In this document: piece by piece, positions 1-8,785 of the stretch
Position numbering within the stretch: the stretch's first letter is position 1
How the letters are laid out: every line of letters begins with the position of its first letter
Virus record (IMG/VR): IMGVR_UViG_3300004093_000005
Span: 1 to 46,953 of that record
Reading direction: 5' to 3' (one strand)
Source of the DNA: a virus
Taxonomy: Duplodnaviria; Caudoviricetes
Length of the DNA: 46,953 nt
Position numbers and translations under genes: made by a program
Notes under the pieces: model-generated
What the model saw: only the letters and a program-made list of their open reading frames with translations
What the model was told of the DNA's origin: nothing
The model's database searches: none

Positions 1-60
<60 letters not shown>

Positions 61-70
61 TTCCCAAGCA

Positions 71-83
71 AATCAATAGCTTG
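71..83 (+). promoter_or_regulatory. Putative IHF binding site in the att arm
   Basis: AATCAATAGCTTG is an exact match to WATCAANNNNTTR, 10 bp from the att core. Confidence 0.6.
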
Positions 84-101
84 AACGAAGTGGCGGCCTC
101 C

Positions 102-1331
102 TCAGGATGGCCGCCGTGACACTTTCGTGGGCTTGGGCGTGACATTTTTGTCCGGTTTTTGTTCCCCGATCTTCGCCCGGCCGCGGGCTCTCGCCTCGTC
201 GACCTGACGGACCGTGACGACGTGCACCGGGTTGTAGACCTTCTGCAGCCGGCTTGATGCGGCGAGGGTGTTCGCCATCTTGGACGACACCGCGCTCGGA
301 TCGGCGCCGCCGGCAAAGGCTTCGACCGTGCCAGAACGTCGCATGTCGGCGAGCTGTCGCGCTTCCTGCGCGCCGAACGCATTCTCCCGCACCACCGCGA
401 AGTCCTTGCCGAGCTTGTCCTTGGAGTAGGGGCGCGGGAGCCACGTCCGGCCGCCCTTGGCGGTGGGGAGCACATGGCGGGTGCGGAAGATCGGGGAGTC
501 GCTGTGCAGGTCGAACCCGAGCGATGCGATGTAGGCGTCCAGAATGGCCTCAGACCAGCGCGAGAGGGTCGCGGCGGCCGCCCGGCCGGTCTTGGCGCGG
601 TCGAGGTCGAAATACGTGCCGACGGCGTCATGGCGGCGCTGTGCCAGCGTCAGGTTGCGCGCGTCGACGGGCGAGAGCTGCGAATCCCAGGCCACGGCAA
701 TGCAGGCGGCAAGCCCCCTGTAGCCGAGGCGCCAGGCGCGCTGGACGGCCTTCTTCGCCTCGCGATCGGTCCACACGTCCTGGCGCGGCCCGGGTGAGGG
801 GTTGGAGAAGACAAGCGACGGGTCGGCGTCGAGGTCACAGTACTTCAGGCGAGCCATCTTCTTCCACAGCGCCCGCCATACCTTGATCACGCGGAAGGCT
901 TCGCTCTCGCTCACCCGCTGCGCCACGCGCATGCGCAACTCGAGGAGGCTCTCGGGATCGATCGTGCGCGGGTCGACGTCGCCGAAGACGGGATCCAGCC
1001 ACTTCCATGCACGGGGCCAGTCATCCCGGCTTTCCTGCTCCTTGGTCCAGACGACGCCCTTTGCCTTGCGCTCTGCTGCGCGCAGCTTCATGGCCCGTTC
1101 GTAGCCATCGCCGACGCTGCCGACCGGATAGACCTTGCGGGGCGTCTCGTCGAAGCCCTGGCGGATGCGGTCCCATTCCTCGTTGAGCCTGATCGCCCGC
1201 GCCTTGTCGGCGGCGGTCAGCTCGCGTCCGAAGGTGATGAGCTGAAAGCCACGGGCGCGCATGGCCTTCGTGGGGCGCCAGCGCCATTTGCCCTGCAGGA
1301 AGAGCAGGTAACGGATCTTGTCTGAGCCCAT
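102..1331 (-). CDS. int: Tyrosine recombinase-family integrase (divergent)
   Basis: Abuts attL; C-terminal motifs RAKTG, ADMRRSG, KMANT..QKVY resemble a tyrosine recombinase; ATG at 1331 directly follows the xis stop. Confidence 0.85.
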   Translation of the reverse strand: MGSDKIRYLLFLQGKWRWRPTKAMRARGFQLITFGRELTAADKARAIRLNEEWDRIRQGFDETPRKVYPVGSVGDGYERAMKLRAAERKAKGVVWTKEQESRDDWPRAWKWLDPVFGDVDPRTIDPESLLELRMRVAQRVSESEAFRVIKVWRALWKKMARLKYCDLDADPSLVFSNPSPGPRQDVWTDREAKKAVQRAWRLGYRGLAACIAVAWDSQLSPVDARNLTLAQRRHDAVGTYFDLDRAKTGRAAAATLSRWSEAILDAYIASLGFDLHSDSPIFRTRHVLPTAKGGRTWLPRPYSKDKLGKDFAVVRENAFGAQEARQLADMRRSGTVEAFAGGADPSAVSSKMANTLAASSRLQKVYNPVHVVTVRQVDEARARGRAKIGEQKPDKNVTPKPTKVSRRPS

Positions 1332-1332
1332 T

Positions 1333-1620
1333 TCAGAGGCGCGCCAACCTGTCACGGACGACCTCCTTAGCGTTGCGCACCCGGTTGGGCGTCGTCAACG
1401 TGTGGCGTTTGTCCATCCAATCGTCGATGGCCTTCAGGTCGAACATGCCGGTCGTGGGGTCCGGCGGCGGGAAGCCGCGGTCGAGAAGGGCCGGCAGCTT
1501 GGCGACGAAGTCGGATTCCGTCAGGTGCAGCCGGCGGGCGGCCTTCTGCGGCGGCACATCCCGTGGCTCGACACGGAAGCGGACATTCGCGGCGATCGGG
1601 TGGCGGTCGAGCGCAGTCAT
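1333..1620 (-). CDS. Excisionase-like HTH protein
   Basis: 95 aa, AARRLHL...GFPPPDPTTGMFDLKAIDDWMD (AlpA/Xis-like), directly upstream of int. Confidence 0.7.
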   Translation of the reverse strand: MTALDRHPIAANVRFRVEPRDVPPQKAARRLHLTESDFVAKLPALLDRGFPPPDPTTGMFDLKAIDDWMDKRHTLTTPNRVRNAKEVVRDRLARL

Positions 1621-2003
1621 GGACCGGTTACCTCCCAAAGCGGCGGCATCCACGTGTCGGCCGGGCCGTCGTAGTCGACGAGCGTCACGACGGCGCGGCC
1701 GATGTGGGGCATGAAGGTGCGATAGGTCTTCGTCCCGCCGGCGATCCAGATGATGCGGCCGGGGAAGCGGTCGGCGGTCCGGGCGAGGAACTTGGCGGGG
1801 TCGTCCTCGCCGAGCCATGGCACCACGATGCGGTTGGCCAGGTTGCCGACGATGCGGGCGGTGCGCCAGCCCATGACGACGACATGGCCTATCGTCTGCG
1901 CCCTGAACCAGGCGAGGTCCTCGGGCTCGTGCCAGGGCAGCCGGCCGGCGAAGCCGATCTGCCCGCGCCGGCCGACGGCGGCGATGAGGCGGACGTCCAT
2001 CAT
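1617..2003 (-). CDS. Dihydrofolate reductase (short)
   Basis: LIAAVG..GQIG...LPW..PEDLAWFR..T...VVMG.RT, WIAGG, DT motifs; ATGA overlap with the upstream gene. Confidence 0.88.
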   Translation of the reverse strand: MMDVRLIAAVGRRGQIGFAGRLPWHEPEDLAWFRAQTIGHVVVMGWRTARIVGNLANRIVVPWLGEDDPAKFLARTADRFPGRIIWIAGGTKTYRTFMPHIGRAVVTLVDYDGPADTWMPPLWEVTGP

Positions 2004-2476
2004 GGCCGGCCTCCGCACCAGTCGATGCGCCGCGGGCAGCGCCCGCGCGGGCAGGTGTAGCGCACAGCGTGCCCGGCGCGGATCATGAGGCCGGCAACGT
2101 CGCGGCCGTCGACGAAGACGCGGGCAAGCGTGCGTCCGTAGCGGTCGCGGCCCTGCCGGCGGATGGTGATGGTGCCGCCGGCGAGCAGACGCCGCAGGTG
2201 GGCGGTGGCGCGGTGGCCGCGCTGGCGCTCGCTCTCACACCGTGCCTGGTAGGTCTCCGGCGCGTCGAGGCCGACGATGCGGATGCGCTCGTCGTCGACA
2301 TGGATCGTGTCGCCGTCGACCGCCACGATGAGCGGTTCGGCCGCGTTCGCGACGCTGAGCGCGGCGAATATGATGAGGTAGAGCGCGATGAGTCCACCGA
2401 GGATGATCGCGGCATGCCGGCGGAAGCGCCGGGGCGCGCTGCGGGGATTCGGGTGGCCGGGAGTGCGCATCAGCAT
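2000..2476 (-). CDS. Thermonuclease (SNase) family protein with N-terminal signal/TM segment
   Basis: VDGDT, RIVGLDAPE, DRYGRTLA motifs; hydrophobic N-terminus. Confidence 0.9.
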   Translation of the reverse strand: MLMRTPGHPNPRSAPRRFRRHAAIILGGLIALYLIIFAALSVANAAEPLIVAVDGDTIHVDDERIRIVGLDAPETYQARCESERQRGHRATAHLRRLLAGGTITIRRQGRDRYGRTLARVFVDGRDVAGLMIRAGHAVRYTCPRGRCPRRIDWCGGRP

Positions 2477-2485
2477 GGCGGCGCC

Positions 2486-2980
2486 TCAGAACGGGATATC
2501 GTCGTCGAGGTCGGCGGGCGCCGACCGGGTGGGGCTGTCGCCGCCCCTCGCAGCCGCATAGCCGCCATCGTCGCGCGAGCGCGTGGTGCCGTAGTCCTCC
2601 GGGTCGGCGGCCGGTGGCGGGGCGTTGCGCTGGCTGTCGAGCAGGGTGATCTCGCCGCGAAACTGGGAGAGCACCACCTCGGTGGTGTACCGGTCCTTGT
2701 TGTCGCGGTCCTGCCACTTGCGGGTGGCGAGCTGGCCCTCGAGGTAGACCTTGGAGCCCTTGCGCAGGTACTTCTCCGCGACCTCGGCAAGGCGCGGATT
2801 GAAGATGACGACGGTGTGCCACTCCGTGCGCTCCCGGCGCTCGCCGGTGGCCTTGTCGCGCCACGTCTCGGAGGTGGCGAGCCGCAGGTTGGCGATTGGC
2901 TCCCCGGCCTGGTTGCGCCTGATCTCGGGATCGCGGCCGAGGTGGCCGATGAGCATGACCTTGTTGACGGATCCGGCCAT
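2486..2980 (-). CDS. ssb: Single-stranded DNA-binding protein
   Basis: [35 protein letters not shown], acidic tail DDDIPF. Confidence 0.97.
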   Translation of the reverse strand: MAGSVNKVMLIGHLGRDPEIRRNQAGEPIANLRLATSETWRDKATGERRERTEWHTVVIFNPRLAEVAEKYLRKGSKVYLEGQLATRKWQDRDNKDRYTTEVVLSQFRGEITLLDSQRNAPPPAADPEDYGTTRSRDDGGYAAARGGDSPTRSAPADLDDDIPF

Positions 2981-3330
2981 CAGGCGATTTCCTCACATTT
3001 GGGGGGATTGGCGAGGGCGAGCTGCACGTCGGCATGGCACGGCTCACCGAGCCGGCACCAGCAGGCGAGGTTCTTGCCGCGCAGCTCGCCGATGTCCTCG
3101 CAGATGAGCCGCAGGCTTTCGCGGGCGGCCTCATACGTCTCGCGGCCGAAGCTGATGGGGACATGGCCGCCGGCGAGCCGGGCGTAAAGCGCTACGCATT
3201 CGGCTTGGGTGCCGTGCCGGCCGACGACGAAGGGATTGCCCCAGCGAGTGGAGCGGTCGACCTTCACCGTGTCGGGCGGCATGCGCCAGCCCTTTCGGCG
3301 GGAGAGCTGGATGCGGGTGGGCGGCGTCAA
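2980..3330 (-). CDS. DUF4326 domain protein
   Basis: [24 protein letters not shown]...[10 protein letters not shown]....CHADV; TTG start with GGAGG RBS. Confidence 0.85.
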   Translation of the reverse strand: MTPPTRIQLSRRKGWRMPPDTVKVDRSTRWGNPFVVGRHGTQAECVALYARLAGGHVPISFGRETYEAARESLRLICEDIGELRGKNLACWCRLGEPCHADVQLALANPPKCEEIA

Positions 3331-3830
3331 AGTAGCCTCCCTTGCATGCCTGCGGCCGAGAGTGGATTCGGAGCGCCTGCCCGCGGCAGCATCCATTTTG
3401 CGGGCGGCGCCGGAGCGTCGCTCTTCCGGTACGGCAGCAGCTCGCGCCAGTCGAAGAAGCCGAGGCGGCCACCGACCGGGATAAAATCCGCCGGCCGCGC
3501 ATCGGCGATCACCAGCCCGCACGGCCCGAAGAACCATCGACTGTCGAACTCCCTCACGATGTCCACGATCGTGGCGACGCCGACGATGCCGCCACGCAAC
3601 AGATCGCCCGGCGCGGGCAACGCGAAGCCGAGCCGCGCGCACAGATCGGCGCAATCGGCATATTCGTCACGTGTCATGCCCGTCGAGGCGTGGATGGCAA
3701 AGGGGCCGCGGAACTTGAGGGCCGGGTTCGGCTTGTGCCAGGAGCGGTTCTCGACGGGCTTCCAGCCGACCGCGAGGCAGTAGGCCCACGGCTGCCGTAC
3801 CGAGAGGGCGAAGCGGGGGATCTCGATCAT
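3327..3830 (-). CDS. ASCH/PUA-like domain protein
   Basis: ALSVRQPWA...[10 protein letters not shown]...RGPFAIHAS...GGIVG. Confidence 0.85.
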   Translation of the reverse strand: MIEIPRFALSVRQPWAYCLAVGWKPVENRSWHKPNPALKFRGPFAIHASTGMTRDEYADCADLCARLGFALPAPGDLLRGGIVGVATIVDIVREFDSRWFFGPCGLVIADARPADFIPVGGRLGFFDWRELLPYRKSDAPAPPAKWMLPRAGAPNPLSAAGMQGRLL

Positions 3831-4258
3831 AGCGGCCTCGCCTCCGGCATGTCGCTGTGCTCGCGGCCGTCGAGCAGGCGGCCGGCGGCCTTCTTGCCGA
3901 CGCAGATCAGCGCGCCGCCATTGCGATCGCTCGCCTCGTAAGGATGCCATTTCGGCCCCTTTGGCGCGCCGAAGCGATCAAACATCGCCGCGTCGGGAGC
4001 GAGATGCATTGCGGTAGCGACCTGCTCGTCGAGCCACTCGGGGGCGAGGGTGAGCCTGCCGGTCCACACCGGGCCGGCCTTGCTCGCCTGCGTCGTGCCG
4101 TTGTAGTGCGTCCACTTGCCGGCGCAGGCCGCCATCCGCTCGATGCGGGCGGCCATTTTCATGGCGTAGCAGTTGGCGCAGCCGGGCGAGACGACCGAGC
4201 AACCGACGATGGGATTCCACGTTGCCTCGGTCCATTCGATCGCGGAGCGGTCACCCAT
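3827..4258 (-). pseudogene. DUF5131 (phage Gp37/Gp68) protein, probably internally deleted
   Basis: [27 protein letters not shown]-terminus joined almost directly to the C-terminal [14 protein letters not shown] motif; only 143 aa. Confidence 0.75.
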
Positions 4259-4496
4259 GGGCGGCCTCCATGAACAGGTCGGGGATGCGCTCGTCGCGGC
4301 GGCGGGCGGATTTCTCGACGGCGCGCTTCAGGCGGCGGAGCTCGTCGACCTCGGCTTTCAGGGCGGCGTGGGTGGCCGTCCGCAGCGCCTCGGCGGCACG
4401 GCCGACATTGCGGTGGCCGCGCCGGGCCTTCTCGTAGGCCTGCCGGCAGCGCCGGCGCTCGGCCTCGAAGCGCTCGATCATGGTGAGGCACCTCAT
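4251..4496 (-). CDS. Hypothetical basic helical protein
   Basis: 81 aa, overlapping neighbours at both ends (ATGA with the upstream gene). Confidence 0.6.
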   Translation of the reverse strand: MRCLTMIERFEAERRRCRQAYEKARRGHRNVGRAAEALRTATHAALKAEVDELRRLKRAVEKSARRRDERIPDLFMEAAHG

Positions 4497-4987
4497 TCGC
4501 CCCTCCGCAGTGAAAGGCTGGGCACCATCTTGTTGCTGCGTAGGCCACAGGGATGAGCCTCGGCGAGCTTCTCGATGACCTCGGGAATTGAGATGCAGAT
4601 CTCGTTCGCCAGGAGCGCCATCAGCTCCGGCTCCTCCCCGTCCTGGGTGAGGATGATGCAGCGCTTGCCCTGCCCACAGAACCATCCGGCCTCGAGGTGT
4701 GCAGACCGCCCGCACGGGAGGATGAGCAGGCAGGTATCGGCCCACTGCATGCCGCGCAGGTCGTTGAGGAACCCTCGCGCGGCAATCGGATGGGTGGTCA
4801 GAAGGTGCCGATACCGCTCGGCCGACCATGCCTGCCAATCCGGATCGATCTCCGACCAGGCGAAGCCGGGCACGCCGTTGGGCGGGTTGCGGAAGTCGTA
4901 GACCTCATGCCCGTGCATGCGGAGTTGGTCGACGACCATCGGCTGATAGGGATTGCGCCACGATGATGCTGCGTAGATGCGTGCCAT
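4493..4987 (-). CDS. Nucleoside 2-deoxyribosyltransferase-like protein
   Basis: RIYAASSWRN...GHEVYDF...DL..MQWAD..LLILPCGRSAHLEAGW pattern typical of the NDT/Rcl fold. Confidence 0.7.
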   Translation of the reverse strand: MARIYAASSWRNPYQPMVVDQLRMHGHEVYDFRNPPNGVPGFAWSEIDPDWQAWSAERYRHLLTTHPIAARGFLNDLRGMQWADTCLLILPCGRSAHLEAGWFCGQGKRCIILTQDGEEPELMALLANEICISIPEVIEKLAEAHPCGLRSNKMVPSLSLRRGE

Positions 4988-4988
4988 G

Positions 4989-6098
4989 TCACACCCTCAT
5001 CGGCATGAGCACGATGAGCGCGTCGGCGCTCTCGTGGCTCTTGATCAGGCAGGGGGAGCCGGGATCGGCGAGGGCGAGGCGCACCGTGTCCGCTGCGGCG
5101 ATGCCGAGGACCTCGGCGAGATATTTGCCGTTGAAGCCGATGCCGAGCGGCTCGCCCTCGAAGTCGGCCTCGATCTCCTCGCGTGCCTCGCCGGTGTCGG
5201 CGTTGCTGACGGATAGGGTGAGGACGCCCGGGGCGAATTCCATCTTCACGGCCCGGCCGTTCTCGCCTGTGATGGTGGCGACGCGGGCGACGGCGTCCTT
5301 CACGGTGGCGGTGTCGAGCACCGCGACGCGGTCGTTGCTCGTCGGAATCACCCGCTGGTAGTCGGGGAAGGTGCCGTCGATGAGCTTGGAGGTGAGCGTG
5401 ATGCCCCCGACGACGAAGCGCACCTTGGCCCTGGAGACGGCGATGTCGATGTCGCCCTCGGCGTCGGCCACGAGGCGGGCGATCTCGCCCACCGTCTTGC
5501 GCGGCACGATGATGCCCGGCATGTCGGCCGCGCCCTCGGGCAGGGGCACGGTGAGGTGCGCCAGACGGTGCCCGTCGGTCGCCACGGCGTTGAGGCGACC
5601 CTCGCCGTCGGCATGGAGGTGGATGCCGTTGAGGTAGTAGCGCGTCTCCTCCGTCGAGATGGCGAAGGTGGTGTGCGCCAGGATGCGCTGGAGCGTCTTG
5701 GCCGGCAGCGCGAAGTGGTGCGGCAGGTCGTCGGCGGAGACGTCCGGCCAGTCATCCTCGGGCAGGGCCTGCAGAACGAAGCGCGAGCGGCCGGCCTTGA
5801 CAGAGAGGCGAGCGCCGCCGGCCTCGGCGGCCAGTTCGATCTGGCAGCCGTCCGGCAGCTTGCGGGCGATGTCGTTGAGCGTGGCGGCGGGCACGGTGAG
5901 GGCGCCGGGCTCGGCTATAGCGGCCGGCAAGCCGGCCTCTGCCCAGATGTCGAGATCGGTCGCCGCCAGGTTGAGCCGGCCGCTCTCGGCGCGTAGCAGC
6001 ACATTGGCGATGATGGGGATGGTGGTGCGGCGCTCGACGACGCGGTTGAGGGCCGCGAGCGGCTTCAGGAGATCGGCGCGGTCGATGACGAGTTTCAT
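4989..6098 (-). CDS. dnaN: DNA polymerase III beta sliding clamp (phage copy)
   Basis: VVERRTTIPI.ANVLL, AISTEETRYYLNG, VATDGHRL, SKLIDGTFPDYQRVIP, C-terminal VLMPMRV. Confidence 0.97.
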   Translation of the reverse strand: MKLVIDRADLLKPLAALNRVVERRTTIPIIANVLLRAESGRLNLAATDLDIWAEAGLPAAIAEPGALTVPAATLNDIARKLPDGCQIELAAEAGGARLSVKAGRSRFVLQALPEDDWPDVSADDLPHHFALPAKTLQRILAHTTFAISTEETRYYLNGIHLHADGEGRLNAVATDGHRLAHLTVPLPEGAADMPGIIVPRKTVGEIARLVADAEGDIDIAVSRAKVRFVVGGITLTSKLIDGTFPDYQRVIPTSNDRVAVLDTATVKDAVARVATITGENGRAVKMEFAPGVLTLSVSNADTGEAREEIEADFEGEPLGIGFNGKYLAEVLGIAAADTVRLALADPGSPCLIKSHESADALIVLMPMRV

Positions 6099-6130
6099 GG
6101 GCTCGGACTCTCGGTGCACAGGCGGGGATA

Positions 6131-6168
6131 CCCCCACCCCCAGCCCCTCCCCACAAGGGGGAGGGGAG
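6131..6168. repeat. REP-like palindromic intergenic element
   Basis: CCCCCACCCCCAGCCCCTCCCCACAAGGGGGAGGGGAG hairpin resembles a repeat common in Rhizobiales genomes. Confidence 0.6.
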
Positions 6169-6182
6169 TTGATCGCGGCGCT

Positions 6183-7121
6183 TCAGGCGCCCATTTCGGG
6201 CGCGCCCTCGAAGGTGGGCAGCTCGGTCTTGTCCCCGGCGAGGCCGAGATCGTTCTGCACGCGGGTGCGCAGCCAATATTCCCAGCGATAGAGCTGGTAG
6301 AACCAGACGATGCTGCCGTCGCTGATGCGATAGCGCAGGCGGGCGGGGATGCGCACGGGCTCGCCGTCGAGGAAGGCCGGCACCGACACCATGAAGATGC
6401 CGGGAATGTCGACCTTCTCACCCTTGGCGTTAAGGTGCTCCTCAACGAACTCCACGGCCCGCTCGCCCGACTGCAGCCGCGCCGCGCGCTTGACCTTGGC
6501 GCCGACGAACACCTCGAGCGAGCGCGAGAGGTCGATGAGCTCGGCCGGCGTGGCGAAGCGCTCCTTGAACAGGCGCTCGAATTCGGCCACCTCTCCGTCG
6601 CTCGGTGCCGCGAGCTCGGCCGCGTGCTCCTCGAGGAAGGCGGCAAAGTCGGCCTGCTCCATCGGCTTCTTGTTGAGGCCGATCCACGTCTTGAGCTCGT
6701 CCGTCACCGGGAAGGTGTAGACGACGCGGTGCTTGCCCCAGCGCGGGCCGTGGGTCGTCTCGTGGTAATCGAGCACGGCGGTAAGCGCCGGGTCCGGCCA
6801 CTGCGCCTTGGCGAAAATGACCGAATGCTCATCCTTGTGGCGGTTCACCAGGTCGATGAAGGAGGACAGCGTGTCGACCTTGGCCGTGCCGGCACGCCGC
6901 TTCGGCAACTGGCGGGCGCCCTCGATCTCGGCCGTGAGCGGGATGGCGCGCTGGTTGTGGCGATCGAACAGCACCGGCACCGTGGACGGCAGGCCGGGAC
7001 CGAGGCCGGCGGTCGGGATCTGGACGACCTCCGGGGCCGAGGCCCGGGTGGCGAGATCGGCGATCAGCGCGGCGGCGCCGGCGGCCGGCACGTCGTTGGC
7101 AAGAGGGGCGGGTTTCATCAT
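6183..7121 (-). CDS. DUF2303 family protein
   Basis: GTAKVDTLSSFIDLVNRH, LTAVLDYH, MEQADFAAFLEEH, PARLRYRI. Confidence 0.85.
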   Translation of the reverse strand: MMKPAPLANDVPAAGAAALIADLATRASAPEVVQIPTAGLGPGLPSTVPVLFDRHNQRAIPLTAEIEGARQLPKRRAGTAKVDTLSSFIDLVNRHKDEHSVIFAKAQWPDPALTAVLDYHETTHGPRWGKHRVVYTFPVTDELKTWIGLNKKPMEQADFAAFLEEHAAELAAPSDGEVAEFERLFKERFATPAELIDLSRSLEVFVGAKVKRAARLQSGERAVEFVEEHLNAKGEKVDIPGIFMVSVPAFLDGEPVRIPARLRYRISDGSIVWFYQLYRWEYWLRTRVQNDLGLAGDKTELPTFEGAPEMGA

Positions 7122-7148
7122 GTGTCGGGGCTCCGGTGGCGGGGTGGA

Positions 7149-7493
7149 TCAGCCCTCGGCACGCGCGCCCATGCCCACATCACGCGGGCCGGCGAACATG
7201 TCGATCTGGCTGGGATGCTGGACCGAGAGGGCGCCCTCGTAGGTCCAGAAGGGGGTGCCGGAGAACGCCTTCTCCTCCGGCAGCTTGGACTTCACGGCGG
7301 GCTTCACGTCGAGCCGGCCGGATTCATAGGTGAAGGTCAGCGTCACCGTGATGGTGGCGGTGCCCTTCTCCTGCGGCAGGGCCTCAAGGGTCTCGATGGA
7401 CTTGGCCAGGTGCTCGTTGCACTTGTCGAGAAAGTTGCCGCGGGAGAGGAGCGGCAGAAGCTCCTCAATGCGGCGGATCGGGCGGGCGGACAT
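7149..7493 (-). CDS. Conserved phage protein (usual DUF2303 partner)
   Basis: KGTATITVTLTF...VKSKLP...FW...GALS..HPSQIDMF; position upstream of DUF2303. Confidence 0.75.
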   Translation of the reverse strand: MSARPIRRIEELLPLLSRGNFLDKCNEHLAKSIETLEALPQEKGTATITVTLTFTYESGRLDVKPAVKSKLPEEKAFSGTPFWTYEGALSVQHPSQIDMFAGPRDVGMGARAEG

Positions 7494-7514
7494 GGGGCCT
7501 CCTTCGGTTGCGGA

Positions 7515-8159
7515 TCACGCCGCGCGGTTGAGGGCTTGGGGGCAGTAGCGGTCGAGGCGCATGAGCCATTCGTCGGCGGCCTTCGGCCATGGCCAGATGG
7601 TGAGGCGGCCGCGCATGGGGACCGGCTCGGCCGCCTCCACCTCGGCCGCCCATTTGCGGCCGCAGGACACGGTGAGATGGTCGCGCTCGGTGCGCAGCAT
7701 GCGCAGGTCCATCGCCTTCACGGCTTTCGCCGCGTGCTGCGGCAACGGCCAGGGCAGGCCGGCGGCGCGGTGGATGGCATGGTCGAGGCGGGACTTGAGG
7801 CGCGTGATCTGCGCCTTCACCTCCGGCACGCGCACGGCGACCTCGCGGCCGTTGCTGTCGAGCGTGAGGTGCACGCACAGGGCCTCGACCACGGGGGTGA
7901 TGATGTCGCCCATGAGGTATTCGTGGGCGTCGTGCAGCAGGAAGGCCGCAGCGAGGGCGGGGTCGCGCGTCTCGTGAAAGAGGGCGTCGGCGCCGACGGC
8001 GCAGTGCTGGGCGACCGAGAAGATGCCGCCGCCCGTGGCACCGCCGAAGCGGGCCACGCGGGCGAGCTGGGGCGCCACGTCGCCGCGGAAGTCGATCGAC
8101 GCCGGGTCCGGCCGCAGCAGGTCGACGATTTTGCCGGTGGTGGTGGGGAGCCAGGTCAT
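7515..8159 (-). CDS. HD-domain phosphohydrolase (YfbR-like 5'-deoxynucleotidase)
   Basis: RFGG...FSVAQHC...LLHDAHEYLMGDIITP...VKAMD. Confidence 0.85.
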   Translation of the reverse strand: MTWLPTTTGKIVDLLRPDPASIDFRGDVAPQLARVARFGGATGGGIFSVAQHCAVGADALFHETRDPALAAAFLLHDAHEYLMGDIITPVVEALCVHLTLDSNGREVAVRVPEVKAQITRLKSRLDHAIHRAAGLPWPLPQHAAKAVKAMDLRMLRTERDHLTVSCGRKWAAEVEAAEPVPMRGRLTIWPWPKAADEWLMRLDRYCPQALNRAA

Positions 8160-8512
8160 TGGCGAGCCTCCCGCGCGGCAGAGAGGGCGGCGTCGATCGT
8201 CGCCAGCAGCGCGTCCATCTCCTCGACGATGGGCTTGTCTATGTCGTCCATCGTGGCGGCGTCGCCGCCGACCGTGACGCTGGCGAAGACCTCGTCCCGA
8301 TATGCCTGGATGAAGGCCTGCGCGGTTGCGAGCGCGTCCGTCAGCGGCTCAATGGTGTTTGCCTTCGCGCAGAGCTCATTGAGCGCGCCCGGGTTGTGGA
8401 TGCGGCGGACCGTGCAAAGGACATGCGGGTCCCCGCCGGCCGGATCGTCCCGGATGACGCAAGGGTGCTCGCTGTTCTCGAACCCCTGCGCATAGAATGC
8501 GAAGCCGCTCAT
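8156..8512 (-). CDS. Hypothetical protein
   Basis: 118 aa ORF coupled by ATGA overlaps within the early operon. Confidence 0.65.
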   Translation of the reverse strand: MSGFAFYAQGFENSEHPCVIRDDPAGGDPHVLCTVRRIHNPGALNELCAKANTIEPLTDALATAQAFIQAYRDEVFASVTVGGDAATMDDIDKPIVEEMDALLATIDAALSAAREARQ

Positions 8513-8661
8513 GGCCGGTCCTCGTCGATCTGGTCGCCGAAGTACTCGCGGGCCGGGGCGCCGAAGAGGCGCGCCCAGGCGATGCCCGCGAGGCAGAGGC
8601 CGAGCCCGATGAGGACGACGGCGGCGATGTTGGAGAGAACGTCCGCCACCTCAGCCTCCAT
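8509..8661 (-). CDS. Small single-TM membrane protein (not in ORF track)
   Basis: MEAEVADVLSNIAAVVLIGLGLCLAGIAWARLFG...; stop overlaps the next ATG; alternative GTG start at 8649 with GGAGG. Confidence 0.55.
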   Translation of the reverse strand: MEAEVADVLSNIAAVVLIGLGLCLAGIAWARLFGAPAREYFGDQIDEDRP

Positions 8662-8785
8662 AGCGGAGCGCATCGGCCCAAAGGCCGATGGCGCCGACGA
8701 AGGCCGCGAGGCACAGCAACTCGAAGGCGTCGTAAAGGGCGCGGCAGAGGAAGTGCCCGGCCGCGGCGGCGCAGGCGGGCCACAT
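8651..8785 (-). CDS. Small hydrophobic protein (not in ORF track)
   Basis: 44 aa MWPAC...FELLCLAAFVGAIGLWADALRYGG; start overlaps the upstream TGA. Confidence 0.5.
   Translation of the reverse strand: MWPACAAAAGHFLCRALYDAFELLCLAAFVGAIGLWADALRYGG

Noticed and set aside
7515-8159. DatZ / Z-genome pathway
   Set aside because: No purZ or mazZ and no phage polymerase; a generic prophage HD hydrolase is more parsimonious
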